In this document: positions 53,761-63,903 of the stretch, one piece after another
Layout of the letters: every line of letters begins with the position of its first letter
How positions within the stretch are numbered: position 1 is the stretch's first letter
Assembly (NCBI GenBank): GCA_964404855.1
Contig: CAYOLO010000001.1
Span: 158,245-222,244 of the forward strand
From: an uncultured Gammaproteobacteria bacterium
GTDB taxonomy: Bacteria > Patescibacteriota > Microgenomatia > CAYQLK01
Direction of reading: 5' to 3'
DNA length: 64,000 nucleotides
The notes under the pieces: model-generated
What the model saw: only the letters and a program-made list of their open reading frames with translations
Database searches by the model: none
Told to the model about the DNA's origin: nothing
Position numbers and translations under genes: made by a program

Positions 53761-55227
53761 TTAAATTTCAGATATTTGACCTACGAGTTCTGGCGACCAG
53801 TGGCGGACTAATCCTTCAGGCATAATTACCGCCTTATCTGGTTTTAATTCGGTAATAAATTCTTCGGTGTGGCTGACGATGAGCATTGATCCTTTGTAAG
53901 CTTTAATGGCTTCGAGAATGACTTTTTGTGAAACAACATCGAGATAAGTTGTTGGTTCATCCAGAATTAGTAGATTGTTGTTACTTAGCATAATTAAAGC
54001 GATTGATAATCTGGTTTTTTCTCCTCCAGATAGAGTGGATATTTTTTGGTGAATTTTGTTGCCTGTAAACATAAATTTGGCTAAAAATGGACGGACAAAC
54101 AACTCTGATTGCCCGCTAATTTCTGATGCAGTCTGAGATAAGGTTTTGGAAAAATCAAAAGTTTCGAATTCTTGAGAATAGTAGCCGATTTGCAGATTCT
54201 CATCTTTTGTAATAATCCCTGAGTCGGGCTCAGTGATACCAGTAAGGATTTTGATAATTGTGCTTTTGCCTGCACCGTTTGGACCTATTAAAGCTATTCG
54301 TTCACCTCTTATTATTGACAGAGAAAAATCTGAAAGAATTGCTTTGTCGTTATATGATTTAAAAATATTTTTGATGCTAATAGGGATTTCTCCAACTTTG
54401 GAAGGAGTGGGTAGGTTGATTTTTATTTTTTGTACTTCTTTTGGTAGTTCTGGCAAGGCATCTTCAAGGCGTTCAATACGCTTGGCTAGAATGCTTTTTT
54501 TGCGTGAGTATTGATCATAGAGTGTAAGGCTTTTTTTGAGTTTTTTGATGTGTTTTTGTTCAGCTTCTACACTTCTTTTTAAGAGTTCCTCATTTTGTTG
54601 TTTGGTTAGTAAGTATTTTGAGTAGTTACCTTTGTACTCCTCAATTATTTTGAATTGGGAGTTAATAAAGATTATTTTGTCGATGTATTTGTCCAATAAT
54701 TCCAAGTCGTGAGAAATCATAAGCAGGGTTTTGGGATAGTTAGCTAGGAAATTCATTACCCATTTTTTGCCTTTTTGATCCAAAAAGTTTGTTGGCTCAT
54801 CAAGAAGTAGTGTGTCAGGTTTGGCTAGTAGGGCTTTTGCTAATGCAAGTTTAGTTTTTTGACCACCTGATAAGTTTTGTGGAGATTGGTCAAGTTTTAA
54901 GTTTTCTAGTTCGAGCCCAAAAAGGATTTTTGAAAGTTCATGATCTGGATGAGCGTTCGTTGGGTCGATATAGTTTCTGATTGTTCGACTTGTTTCTAAT
55001 TGAATATCGGTTTTGACCTCTTGGGGCACATAACCGAGTGTGCCAGAGATAATCAGTTTGCCTTCGGTTGGTTCGATTTCGCCAATAATGGCCTTAAAAA
55101 GTGTTGATTTGCCACTACCGTTAGGCCCGACTACGCCAGCCTTAATATTATTGCCAACAAAGAAGTTAACATTTTCATAAAGATTACCAAATTGATGTCC
55201 TAGAGTTAGATTTTCAGCTTTGATCAT
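53761..55227 (-). CDS. ABC-F family ATPase (two tandem ABC domains, no TM)
   Basis: 488 aa. Walker A VVGPNGSGKSTL and LIGPNGAGKSTI, two signature motifs (LSGGQKTKLALA; LSGGEKTRLSIA), two Walker B (LLLDEPTN; LILDEPTT). Confidence 0.8.
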   Translation of the reverse strand: MIKAENLTLGHQFGNLYENVNFFVGNNIKAGVVGPNGSGKSTLFKAIIGEIEPTEGKLIISGTLGYVPQEVKTDIQLETSRTIRNYIDPTNAHPDHELSKILFGLELENLKLDQSPQNLSGGQKTKLALAKALLAKPDTLLLDEPTNFLDQKGKKWVMNFLANYPKTLLMISHDLELLDKYIDKIIFINSQFKIIEEYKGNYSKYLLTKQQNEELLKRSVEAEQKHIKKLKKSLTLYDQYSRKKSILAKRIERLEDALPELPKEVQKIKINLPTPSKVGEIPISIKNIFKSYNDKAILSDFSLSIIRGERIALIGPNGAGKSTIIKILTGITEPDSGIITKDENLQIGYYSQEFETFDFSKTLSQTASEISGQSELFVRPFLAKFMFTGNKIHQKISTLSGGEKTRLSIALIMLSNNNLLILDEPTTYLDVVSQKVILEAIKAYKGSMLIVSHTEEFITELKPDKAVIMPEGLVRHWSPELVGQISEI

Positions 55228-55368
55228 AGGTTAGTGTGCGGCTATTATCTATCTGTTTAATCTAAAACACAAAAATTTGAAGGACAAGTCTTTATGTTTT
55301 TGTTGTTGATTAAACTTGTAAGGAAAATCAAATGGAATTATAGTTAAGTATGAATTATATGAAGGGAG

Positions 55369-55761
55369 GTGAGTGTGTTGAATCCTAAACAATTTTTGAT
55401 GCTCGGAGGAGTTGTGCTTGTTTTATTAGGTGTGGCTGGAATGTTTGTTTTGGGCCCATCAGTAGAGTCAAGTATGCTTGGCGAGAAATTTTTTCTGACT
55501 GAGGGTGAGAATATTGCTCACTTGGTTTTGGGAGCTGTTGCTCTTGGGGCGTATTTTACAATCAAGAGTGCAAAACTACTTAGATTATTGACTGCTGTTG
55601 TTGGGGTAGTTGCAGTAATTGCGGTAATTTGGGGGCTAGTTAGTATGGGTAAACCTAATCCAAATATTGGTGTAGCTAATCTTGAAAATCCTGCTGACAA
55701 TATCCTGCATGCATTGGTTGCAGTCTGGGCATTTGTAACAGTGTTTAAAAAATCTGCATAA
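55369..55761 (+). CDS. Four-TM membrane protein, hypothetical
   Basis: 130 aa, hydrophobic helices throughout. Confidence 0.4.
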   Translation: MSVLNPKQFLMLGGVVLVLLGVAGMFVLGPSVESSMLGEKFFLTEGENIAHLVLGAVALGAYFTIKSAKLLRLLTAVVGVVAVIAVIWGLVSMGKPNPNIGVANLENPADNILHALVAVWAFVTVFKKSA

Positions 55762-55850
55762 AACAGAAATGGTTTTTTGGATTTTAGAAACTTTTGTGCG
55801 GGTGACCGTAAATGTTTTGGTGGAATTTTTAGTATTGCTAAAATAGACTG

Positions 55851-56912
55851 ATGAAGAAAATTTTGGTTGTGTTTGCGGTTTTTTTGTTTGTGATTGGAAT
55901 ACTGTTATCTAAATACCAAAAAAACCAGATTACTGATTGGGGGAATACAGAGGAATTTTTGATTAAAAATCACAGCGAATGCGAATCAACAAAACAGAGG
56001 CGTGACTATATTAATTGTATGGTTGCAAAAAGTAAGGATTTTGTGGGGGTGCGGGGAGTTGGCGAGTTGGTAAGTGCCGCACAAAGGATAAGTAATGGCA
56101 AGAAGGTTGATCTTGTCGGCAGTATTAATTGTCACGATATGATGCATTCATTGGGAAAAGCTGCGGGGTTGTACATGAAATCATTTGACGAGGCGATAAC
56201 AGAATGTTTGCCATTTTGTGGAGGTGGCTGTTTCCATGGAGTTTTGGAGGGGAAATATTCGTCGAACCCCGACATGAAGAAGTTTGTGTCGGAAGCTTGT
56301 TTGTTTACAAAAGATATTAAAAAATCAGAAGCGCATTGTTATCATGGGCTTGGTCATGCCGTTGCGGTACAGCTAGGCGACATCGATGATGCTTTTAAGT
56401 ATTGTGATTATGTAATTGAGGAGGGAAGACTTTGGTGTGGGTCGGGGGCGTTTATGGAATTGTATTCTGGAGATGGGTTTGATTTAGGAAAAATACCAGA
56501 GAATGTTCCAGAGTGGTGTAGAGCTTTCGAAGGTGTTTATGCTGAGGTTTGTTGGTTGTCTGCGGGATATTTTCGAACTGGAAATGGTTATTTAAAATCA
56601 ATTGGGATTAATACAGCCTCGCCTGAAAATGAGGCTATTTATAATTGTAATAGTGCACCAACAGATGATCTTAAATCTGGTTGTATATATACATTTGGAG
56701 ACAATATTTACAATATTGCAAAAGAAGATCATAAAAAAATAAATGAGATATGTATGCGATTTGATAGTGGCCTAGTTGGCTGGTGTTTAAAAGGAGCGGC
56801 GCACAGTGCAAAAAGAAATCATCCGAGCGAAAATCTACATGTAGAGTTGTGTGAAACAAATGATGACCTGCGAATACAAAATGAATGTAAGAGCGAATTT
56901 TTGACTAATTAA
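55851..56912 (+). CDS. Cys/His-rich membrane-anchored extracytoplasmic protein, paralog A of a tandem triplet (uncharacterised family)
   Basis: 353 aa. N-terminal TM anchor. Conserved blocks shared with the two downstream paralogs: INCHDMMHSLGKAAG, CGGGCFHGVLEGK, CYHGLGHAVA, GAFMELYSG, EAIYNCNSAP. More than 14 Cys. Confidence 0.6.
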   Translation: MKKILVVFAVFLFVIGILLSKYQKNQITDWGNTEEFLIKNHSECESTKQRRDYINCMVAKSKDFVGVRGVGELVSAAQRISNGKKVDLVGSINCHDMMHSLGKAAGLYMKSFDEAITECLPFCGGGCFHGVLEGKYSSNPDMKKFVSEACLFTKDIKKSEAHCYHGLGHAVAVQLGDIDDAFKYCDYVIEEGRLWCGSGAFMELYSGDGFDLGKIPENVPEWCRAFEGVYAEVCWLSAGYFRTGNGYLKSIGINTASPENEAIYNCNSAPTDDLKSGCIYTFGDNIYNIAKEDHKKINEICMRFDSGLVGWCLKGAAHSAKRNHPSENLHVELCETNDDLRIQNECKSEFLTN

Positions 56913-56915
56913 ATA

Positions 56916-58064
56916 GTGAGACATAAATTGTTTATTTTATCTTTGGTGTTTTTTTGTTTTGGGTTATTGCTAGCGCAATTTGGAATAGTTTTTGATCGTG
57001 CACAAGTCAATCGGGATGATGCAATTACTTCTGTGTCTGAGTCGCAAAATAAATGTTTAAAAACTGGTGAGAGATACAAATATTTGTCTTGTATGACGGA
57101 ATACTTGCGGCCTATTGTTAGAAAATATGGAGTAAAGACGGTAATTGCAGATGTAAAAAAATCGCTTTTATTTAACGATGGTAAGGTTTGGTTTGGTGAG
57201 GGTGGGGACGAGAGGCGAACATGCCATGAGCTGATGCATGCAATAGGCAGGAGTGCGGGGAAATATTCAAATGATGTTAAAAAAGAAATATTAGAATGCG
57301 ATCCAGTTTGTGGAGTAGGTTGTTATCACGGAATTATGGAAAGCATGTTGGATAGAACAGGATCGAATTTTATTTCTGTGGTGAAAGGGTTTTGTAGTGG
57401 GTCGTTTGGAAATAATAACCCAGAAAGCAAAGCTTGTTTTCATGGCTTGGGACATTCAATAGCTAATTATAGATTTAATGAGATCGAGGCTTTGAAGGTT
57501 TGCGATATGGTTGACCCATCTGGTCAGTCTGATTGTGCTAAGGGAGTGTTTATGGAGCTTTACCATGTGACTGGTTTACATAGTCCATTAGAAATTCCTT
57601 TAGATAAAGAAGCTTGGTGTAGTAGTCAAAGTAAAAAATATCAGGATGTTTGTTGGCAACTTGCTGGAGGGTTTTATGGTGCGGTAAGAAAAAATGATGT
57701 GTTGGCGAGTAAGGGTATTGTAATAGATAGCTACGAAGATGAGGCAATTTATTACTGTTCTATTGCTCCGGAAGTAGGGTTAAAGGCTCAGTGTTATGAG
57801 CTGATGGGGCTTAATTTGTATAACCTTATAAAAAATCATTTTGATAGTACAGGTCATAATTGGGATGAATTGTCGAGAGTTTGTCATCAAGCGATTGGGT
57901 TTGTTGATGATTGTATTCGCGGTTCGATTACAGGTATGTTTGAGTCCGATCCGGCTGGTAAGGAAGGGGAAAAGATTTGTGGATTACTAGATATATCTAA
58001 GGAGTACGATATTTGTGTGACTAGTGTGGTTGAAAGGAGGCAGAGGTTTGAAAAAAATATTTAA
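56916..58064 (+). CDS. Cys/His-rich membrane-anchored protein, paralog B
   Basis: 382 aa. RTCHELMHAIGRSAG, CGVGCYHGIMESM, CFHGLGHSIA, GVFMELYHV, EAIYYCSIAP. Confidence 0.6.
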   Translation: MRHKLFILSLVFFCFGLLLAQFGIVFDRAQVNRDDAITSVSESQNKCLKTGERYKYLSCMTEYLRPIVRKYGVKTVIADVKKSLLFNDGKVWFGEGGDERRTCHELMHAIGRSAGKYSNDVKKEILECDPVCGVGCYHGIMESMLDRTGSNFISVVKGFCSGSFGNNNPESKACFHGLGHSIANYRFNEIEALKVCDMVDPSGQSDCAKGVFMELYHVTGLHSPLEIPLDKEAWCSSQSKKYQDVCWQLAGGFYGAVRKNDVLASKGIVIDSYEDEAIYYCSIAPEVGLKAQCYELMGLNLYNLIKNHFDSTGHNWDELSRVCHQAIGFVDDCIRGSITGMFESDPAGKEGEKICGLLDISKEYDICVTSVVERRQRFEKNI

Positions 58065-58077
58065 TTTAAAGAAAAAT

Positions 58078-59142
58078 ATGCGATTTTTTTTCATATTTGG
58101 ATTTGTGATTATTTTTGTGGTGGGAGTATTGGTTTCGAATATTTTTCTCGCTGATCAGAAGATTTCCGCATATGACGGCTTATCTCAATCTCATACGAAA
58201 TGTTTTGAATTTAGACCGAGATCAAAATATTTGGAATGTATGAGAGTTACTTTGGAAAAAACCATAAGACAAAATTCAGCAGTCGATATGGTTTTGGCTG
58301 GAGGCAAGATAGACAAAGTAAGAAATGTTAGTTTTGACAGGGAAATAAATTGTCATGTCATGATGCATAGTGTCGGAAGGGCATTATCTGAATATAAAAA
58401 AGATTTTGGTGAAGTTGTCTCTTCTTGCCAGCCTTTGTGTGGTGCAGGATGTTATCACGGTATTATGGAGGGGAAATATAAGGTGCAGCAAGATATTGCT
58501 GACACGATGAATACAGCATGTGAGGGGTTGTTTCAAAAGGGAGATTTATTGGCAAATAATTGTTTCCATGGTTTGGGTCATGCGATTGCAATTAAAAACT
58601 GGGATTTGGATAAAAGTTTAAAGGATTGTGAGATTGTGAGTGTTAACGGTCGAAAAGAATGCGGGGCGGGGGTTTTTATGGAATTATTTTCTAGATCTGA
58701 AGCTCAATTGATGCCACTGCCTGCCGATGTGCCAGGTTGGTGTAATGGTTTTGAAAAAATTTATAGTGAGTCTTGTTGGATATTTGCGGCAAATATTAGA
58801 GGTGAAAAAAACATGTTTTTAGAGTCATTGGGGATAGACACTTCAATACCAGAAAATGAGCCGATTTATAATTGTTCTAAATCACCGGAGGATTTTAAAA
58901 AAGAGTGTTTTAAGATGTTGGGTTACACATTGTATGACGCAAAAAATAAAGTTGGCAAAGAAATAGTTAAAGTTTGTGAGAGTTTGGGTGGAGTAAGTAG
59001 TGAAATGTGTATTTCTGGTGTGGTTGAGAGAGATCTTGAGGAGATAAAATTTCAAGCTGGAATTGGAGCGTGTGATTATATTTATGGAAACAAATTAAGA
59101 GAATTTTGCGTTGATAAGTATAAAAATCCTGTTATTAATTAA
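58078..59142 (+). CDS. Cys/His-rich membrane-anchored protein, paralog C
   Basis: Start reassigned to MRFFFIFGFVIIF (58078). The track start 58024 overlaps paralog B. INCHVMMHSVGRALS, CGAGCYHGIMEGK, CFHGLGHAIA, GVFMELFSR, EPIYNCSKSP. Confidence 0.6.
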   Translation: MRFFFIFGFVIIFVVGVLVSNIFLADQKISAYDGLSQSHTKCFEFRPRSKYLECMRVTLEKTIRQNSAVDMVLAGGKIDKVRNVSFDREINCHVMMHSVGRALSEYKKDFGEVVSSCQPLCGAGCYHGIMEGKYKVQQDIADTMNTACEGLFQKGDLLANNCFHGLGHAIAIKNWDLDKSLKDCEIVSVNGRKECGAGVFMELFSRSEAQLMPLPADVPGWCNGFEKIYSESCWIFAANIRGEKNMFLESLGIDTSIPENEPIYNCSKSPEDFKKECFKMLGYTLYDAKNKVGKEIVKVCESLGGVSSEMCISGVVERDLEEIKFQAGIGACDYIYGNKLREFCVDKYKNPVIN

Positions 59143-59193
59143 AAAAACTCCCCTTAGTAAAAAGGGGAGTTTTTGGTTTTTTTTAAAAAAGAG

Positions 59194-59859
59194 TTACTTC
59201 TTTTTAAGTCCTAATGCTACAGCGGTAAATGAAGCAATTAATGCAATTCCTGCCATAAGCTGACTGACGTTGTCAGAACTTGAACTCTGAGGTAGTGCAA
59301 CAGTGCTGGTGGTTCCAGTCAAATCGTTAACGATTTTGGTTTCTGAATATGGGCCAACAGCATGTTCTTCCTCTTTGTGTTCGCCGCTAGAGCCTTTTTT
59401 TGCTTCTTCGGCTTTTTTTAGCTCCTCTGGGCTTTGGTCCCAAGCAACAATAACTCCATTGGAGTATGTTTGATAGGCTTTCCACTGAACAGATGTTTCT
59501 TCAGCAGGGGACTTGGCGCTAAAAGAAAATTCGTCGCGTTGTCCAACTGGAATTGAGCCGCCTGACCAAATGATTTCGGAAACTTTTTCTGTGTCACCAA
59601 CCTTTACGGTTTTGGTCGAAACCGTCCAGCCTGGTTTAACATTTGGCATAACTGACACCATCTTTTCGGGGATTACTATTCTTAAACCTGTAGTTGGGAT
59701 GTCTTTTTCATTAGGTACACCAGCTGTGAAGGTTTGGTACGCAGCCACTCCAACCTGTGCAGGTTTAACTGTGACGTGCGCTAGTGTGTATGGCGAAAGA
59801 GCGCTTGTAATTGCAGCCATGGTCAAAACCAAGGCTGAGGTGGTAATAGTTTTTTTCAT
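59194..59859 (-). CDS. YcnI-like (DUF1775) copper-binding protein with C-terminal TM anchor
   Basis: Signal peptide ...YTLA|HVTVKP. Mature N-terminal His (His-brace position), then QTFTAGVPNEKDIPTTGLRIVIP and KPGWTV blocks typical of DUF1775/YcnI. C-terminal hydrophobic anchor. Confidence 0.7.
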   Translation of the reverse strand: MKKTITTSALVLTMAAITSALSPYTLAHVTVKPAQVGVAAYQTFTAGVPNEKDIPTTGLRIVIPEKMVSVMPNVKPGWTVSTKTVKVGDTEKVSEIIWSGGSIPVGQRDEFSFSAKSPAEETSVQWKAYQTYSNGVIVAWDQSPEELKKAEEAKKGSSGEHKEEEHAVGPYSETKIVNDLTGTTSTVALPQSSSSDNVSQLMAGIALIASFTAVALGLKKK

Positions 59860-59961
59860 TTTTTAATATTTACTTATAGTTTGACTAATTAATGCTTTAA
59901 AAAAGCTTAAGAATTAAGACTTTAGTTAACAACTAAAGATTTTTTTTGTTGGGATGAGTTT

Positions 59962-60783
59962 TTAACTTATTGGTGGGGCTCGAGATGCGAAGATAAAGAG
60001 AAATTCAATTTTTGTTTGACTGGGAAGTAGATTATTAAAAGTAGAGTAAATGTTTTGGCTGATTATTGTCGCGTCGGAATTTGTTGTTTCTGAAGAGGCA
60101 ATAAAACAACAAGGATGGTCTGCGTGGTTGCCTATCATTAGATGGTCTGAGCTAAAGTGAACAGAGGCGTAGATTAGGGGAGTAAGTAAGCTAAATCCTA
60201 AGATAAGTGCAATTATTTTCTGAGGTTTTTTTGGGAGTTTTTTGTTCCTGCCTCGTCGGTCGAGAAACAAGATGATGGCAAATACCACCACAGCTATAAA
60301 TGCAGTTAAGTAATGAAAAAAATGTATATCTGAAGGGTTATTGTTGGTTGACTGATTTGAGTTTTGTTCTCGAGTGATTCGTAAGGTGTGGTTAATTTCG
60401 AAGGATTGGAAAGACTCGGGAGTTTTGGGTGTGCCTGTAATTTTAATAGTGTAAACATTTTTTTCTGGGAAGGTAAATTGAAATGCTGGGGCGTTAATAT
60501 CATTGGTTAAGGAAGTGGTAAATAAATCTTCGGTGTGTAGTTCAATACCATTTTTGAGAATAGTAATTTTACAAATACAATCTGCTGGATTGAATTTGTT
60601 CTCTTTGTCTTTGAATTCGAAATAAAAATTGGCTGGACTTCCAACTGGTGGATCATCGTCTGGAGCCACATGAAGTGTGGTTCCAATCGAGCCACTAGTA
60701 AGCAGGACGTGAGCAGATACTGGTTGAGTAAGTGAAAAAAAAGTGATTGAGCTGATGACTAGAGTTAGTATTGCTTTAATCAT
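59962..60783 (-). CDS. Secreted/anchored protein with mature N-terminal His and Cys/His-rich C-terminal tail, hypothetical metal-binding
   Basis: Signal peptide ...QPVSA|HVLLTS. Beta-rich domain, TM anchor (FIAVVVFAIILFL), tail HFSSDHLMIGNHADHPCCF. Start overlaps the stop of the upstream ferric-reductase-like gene (ATGA). Confidence 0.45.
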   Translation of the reverse strand: MIKAILTLVISSITFFSLTQPVSAHVLLTSGSIGTTLHVAPDDDPPVGSPANFYFEFKDKENKFNPADCICKITILKNGIELHTEDLFTTSLTNDINAPAFQFTFPEKNVYTIKITGTPKTPESFQSFEINHTLRITREQNSNQSTNNNPSDIHFFHYLTAFIAVVVFAIILFLDRRGRNKKLPKKPQKIIALILGFSLLTPLIYASVHFSSDHLMIGNHADHPCCFIASSETTNSDATIISQNIYSTFNNLLPSQTKIEFLFIFASRAPPIS

Positions 60784-62345
60784 TTGACCTCGATGGTGTA
60801 ATTGCTAACTAATATAATGCCAGAGTGATTGAATTGTCCAAATATTCGATATGTTCCTGGCTTTACTGGGCCATAAATACCAATTGGTAAAAACTCTACA
60901 ATCGGACCGCCGTTTTGATCGGGGGAGGGAGCTGTTAAATTTGCGGGATGAACATGATAATATTCATATGATTTTTGGTTAATCATTACTAAATGACCAA
61001 AAGAACCAAGATAAGGTTTGAGATTGGTGATAGGTTGACCTGTTTTAGAGGATTTTATTTCAAACTTGAGTGCAATTTTGCCGAGTGATAGTTCTTTTGC
61101 GGTAAGTGGAGATGAGCTAGTTACATTGATTAAATAATCCCCAAATGTTTTAGCTAAGTTATTGTCTATTGGTTGAGAGGCTATTTCGTTGTTTGGATTA
61201 CTGCCGACTGGAAGAGTAAATGCAAATTGCTGTTCGATTGCTCCAAGTGGTTGAAAGTCGATATAAACACGGTAGGTGTTCTCTTTAGGAAATTGAGTAG
61301 TAATTGTAAAAGTGTTCCCGTTTTGTTCTGGGTGGATATGGTCAAAGTAGTTTAAGGTAGAGTCAACAATAATAAGGTGGGAAATTTTTTCGTTAATAAT
61401 TTGAAAAACAGAGGCTGGTTCGCCGTTACTAGCATCGTTTACTGTAAAGGTTAAGTTTTTGGTAAGAGGGTCTTTGGTGTTAGTTGTATCAAGTTTGACT
61501 GAATAACGCCTATTTCTATCACCATTAAGTCCTGGAATTTTTGAGTTGGTAGTTATGGTTGATGGTGAACCGTTTAGAGCTTGTTCGGCGAGTTTTTGGT
61601 GTTCGGCGTGGATGCCTAATGATGGTCCAATTCCAGCTGGGGCGAAGGAAAAATAGCTAGTTATACTAACAAGGGCAACAATGATTGTAAAAGTGATGCC
61701 AAACTTGGGTTGAGTAAAGTGTGTAAATTTTTGAGTTAAATATTTGTCTAGTCGATAAGCTTCCAGAAGTAAGAGAATAGTAACAAGAGCAATTGTGATT
61801 TGGGGAATAAATTCGTAGAGGTTTGAATAGTGAGTTCCAAGCATAAGAGCATGAATCAAAATAGCAATTCCTGCTAAATAAACCGTTCTGTGAAGCATTT
61901 TCCATCTCTTGTTACCGAGCTTGTCTATTATCTTGTCAAATGAAGTTAGTGTCATAATCAAAAGAACAATTAAACCAAAAAAACTGAGGCCTAGGGCGAT
62001 TAAATATTTTGAACTTAAAAATCCCAAACCTTGAAATCCTTGCAGTTGAAGAAAAAACGCTATATTTGCGTGAAGAAAAGCAAACCAAAAAGCCGACACT
62101 CCGAGTGCGCGTCTGGCCAGAATGTAAGTTGGTCTAAATGAAAGATTGGGAAAGACACTAAAAAGAGGACTGGCAATAATGGCTAAATAAAGATAAAGAA
62201 TAGCAAGTAGGGCGTAAATCTGTGTCAACCTGATAGTCGTGAGGTTGTCTGAATAGTTAAGGTTCGCAAAGATGTAGACTAATCCTGATAGAGCAACTGA
62301 ACTGACTAGGACAAAATATCGAATTTTGGTTATTACTAGACGCAT
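60780..62345 (-). CDS. Ferric-reductase-like (MsrQ/YedZ-type) transmembrane domain protein with large C-terminal extracytoplasmic domain
   Basis: 521 aa. Six TM helices with conserved His pairs in helices (WFAFLHANIAFFLQ; LHRTVYLAGIAILIHAL) as in heme-b-binding ferric reductase domains. ~270-aa C-terminal beta-rich domain. Confidence 0.45.
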   Translation of the reverse strand: MRLVITKIRYFVLVSSVALSGLVYIFANLNYSDNLTTIRLTQIYALLAILYLYLAIIASPLFSVFPNLSFRPTYILARRALGVSAFWFAFLHANIAFFLQLQGFQGLGFLSSKYLIALGLSFFGLIVLLIMTLTSFDKIIDKLGNKRWKMLHRTVYLAGIAILIHALMLGTHYSNLYEFIPQITIALVTILLLLEAYRLDKYLTQKFTHFTQPKFGITFTIIVALVSITSYFSFAPAGIGPSLGIHAEHQKLAEQALNGSPSTITTNSKIPGLNGDRNRRYSVKLDTTNTKDPLTKNLTFTVNDASNGEPASVFQIINEKISHLIIVDSTLNYFDHIHPEQNGNTFTITTQFPKENTYRVYIDFQPLGAIEQQFAFTLPVGSNPNNEIASQPIDNNLAKTFGDYLINVTSSSPLTAKELSLGKIALKFEIKSSKTGQPITNLKPYLGSFGHLVMINQKSYEYYHVHPANLTAPSPDQNGGPIVEFLPIGIYGPVKPGTYRIFGQFNHSGIILVSNYTIEVK

Positions 62346-62527
62346 TTTTTTGGTTAGTGGCGTTTTTTTCTATAAATAAAAACGCTTATGGTAAGTACTA
62401 GCAAAACAGGAATAATGTATAAAAAGGAATTGATTGTGGGTGAGGCGTTGAAGTTAGTATTTACTGGTACTTCTGGTTCGCCTGGTTGGATATTAGATAT
62501 TTCTAACTTGCCCTCATTTTCAAAAAT

Positions 62528-63211
62528 TTAGAGGCCTGCATAGCTTGTATAGCCATTTGAGTCCGTGACTTTTAGGGTAACACCGTGAATAATGTTTTCG
62601 TCGGCAAATTTGTGGATTGGACTAGCTTCATTTGATACTTGTTCGTCGTCGAAGTCCCAAGAGTAGCTAGTAACCTGGGTGGTTGGGTCGGTGGTAACTT
62701 CTGAGATATATTTGATTGGTTTGTTGGGTTTATTATTGTCTGTTTCGACGCTGAGATTTATTTTTGGCAGTTTATAACTTGAGTCTGCAACTATATTAAT
62801 TCCGAGAGTGTTGAGTGGTTGAAAATCAGCCTGATCTGGACCTTTGACTTCAAGTAGGGAGAAATATGTTTTGGGTTCTGTAAAAGTGTGGGAGATTAGA
62901 CTGCCCGTTTCGTAATTGTCTTTATCTTGGTCGAACTTCCACCTGAACTGCGATTTTTTGAATATGTCTTCTGGAATTTGAAGAAATTTTTGAATGACCT
63001 CAAATTTAATTGGTTGGCCAGCTAAAAATGTTTCTGCAGAGTTGTCCTGCGGAATATCGAGCCTCCCTGAATAGTTGTTAAATTGATTGACAAGTGTAGG
63101 TTTGTCGTTGATGTTAATAAATGGAATGCCGCCGATGTGAGCTTGAGTGTTGGGAATATTATTAAAAAGTAAGAAGAGAAAACCAAAGGTAATAATTAGT
63201 CTACGAATCAT
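62528..63211 (-). CDS. Secreted protein, hypothetical
   Basis: 227 aa. Signal peptide ...NIPNTQA|HIGG (mature N-terminal His again). Confidence 0.45.
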   Translation of the reverse strand: MIRRLIITFGFLFLLFNNIPNTQAHIGGIPFININDKPTLVNQFNNYSGRLDIPQDNSAETFLAGQPIKFEVIQKFLQIPEDIFKKSQFRWKFDQDKDNYETGSLISHTFTEPKTYFSLLEVKGPDQADFQPLNTLGINIVADSSYKLPKINLSVETDNNKPNKPIKYISEVTTDPTTQVTSYSWDFDDEQVSNEASPIHKFADENIIHGVTLKVTDSNGYTSYAGL

Positions 63212-63255
63212 ATGTAGGTATTATATTGTTACATTGGTGTTAGGTCAAAGAAATT

Positions 63256-63903
63256 TTGAGCTTTAGTAAAATCGTAACAATGAAGGTTTTTTTGTATTTG
63301 TATATTGGAATTGTTGTAACAATACTAGCGGTTACTGTTTTTCTTGCAGCTCGACTACCTGAAGATGATTTGACACATATTCATGCTAATTTTGGTGTTT
63401 TTGTTGATGCTCAAAAACTAGATTTTTCTGGTGAAAAATATATGCATACTAAACCTTGTTTTTCTGACTATCACACGCAAAAGCATTTTGGAGACAGGGT
63501 TCATTTGCATGACGGTATCGGTGATGTTGCGCATATACATGACTCTGGAGTGGTTTGGGGGGATTTGATGCTATATTTGGATATAAAAACTACGATTAAT
63601 GGAATTGAGTTTGGTGAAAAATTATACCCTCTCGATAGGCAGAACAAGCTAAGTTATTACATTAATGGGAATAGTGTAAACAATTTTGAATTAACAGAAA
63701 TTAATAATAACGATTCATTAATTATTGTTTTGGGTAACGAAAATTTAGACAATCTTACAGTTGGTAAAGAAAAGTTTAATCAGTTAAGTGCACAACTGTC
63801 TAATAGAAGTGAAGAGTTAAATGGTTTATCGCTGGCTGAGGCGTGTGGGGGAGGGTACAAAATGAGTTTTTGGGAGAAGGTTGCTAAGGTTTGGGGATTT
63901 TAG
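63256..63903 (+). CDS. N-terminally anchored His-rich extracytoplasmic protein, hypothetical metal-binding
   Basis: 215 aa. TM anchor, then THIHANFG...YHTQKHFGDRVHLHDGIGDVAHIHDSG, with 10 His in 60 residues. Confidence 0.45.
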   Translation: MSFSKIVTMKVFLYLYIGIVVTILAVTVFLAARLPEDDLTHIHANFGVFVDAQKLDFSGEKYMHTKPCFSDYHTQKHFGDRVHLHDGIGDVAHIHDSGVVWGDLMLYLDIKTTINGIEFGEKLYPLDRQNKLSYYINGNSVNNFELTEINNNDSLIIVLGNENLDNLTVGKEKFNQLSAQLSNRSEELNGLSLAEACGGGYKMSFWEKVAKVWGF

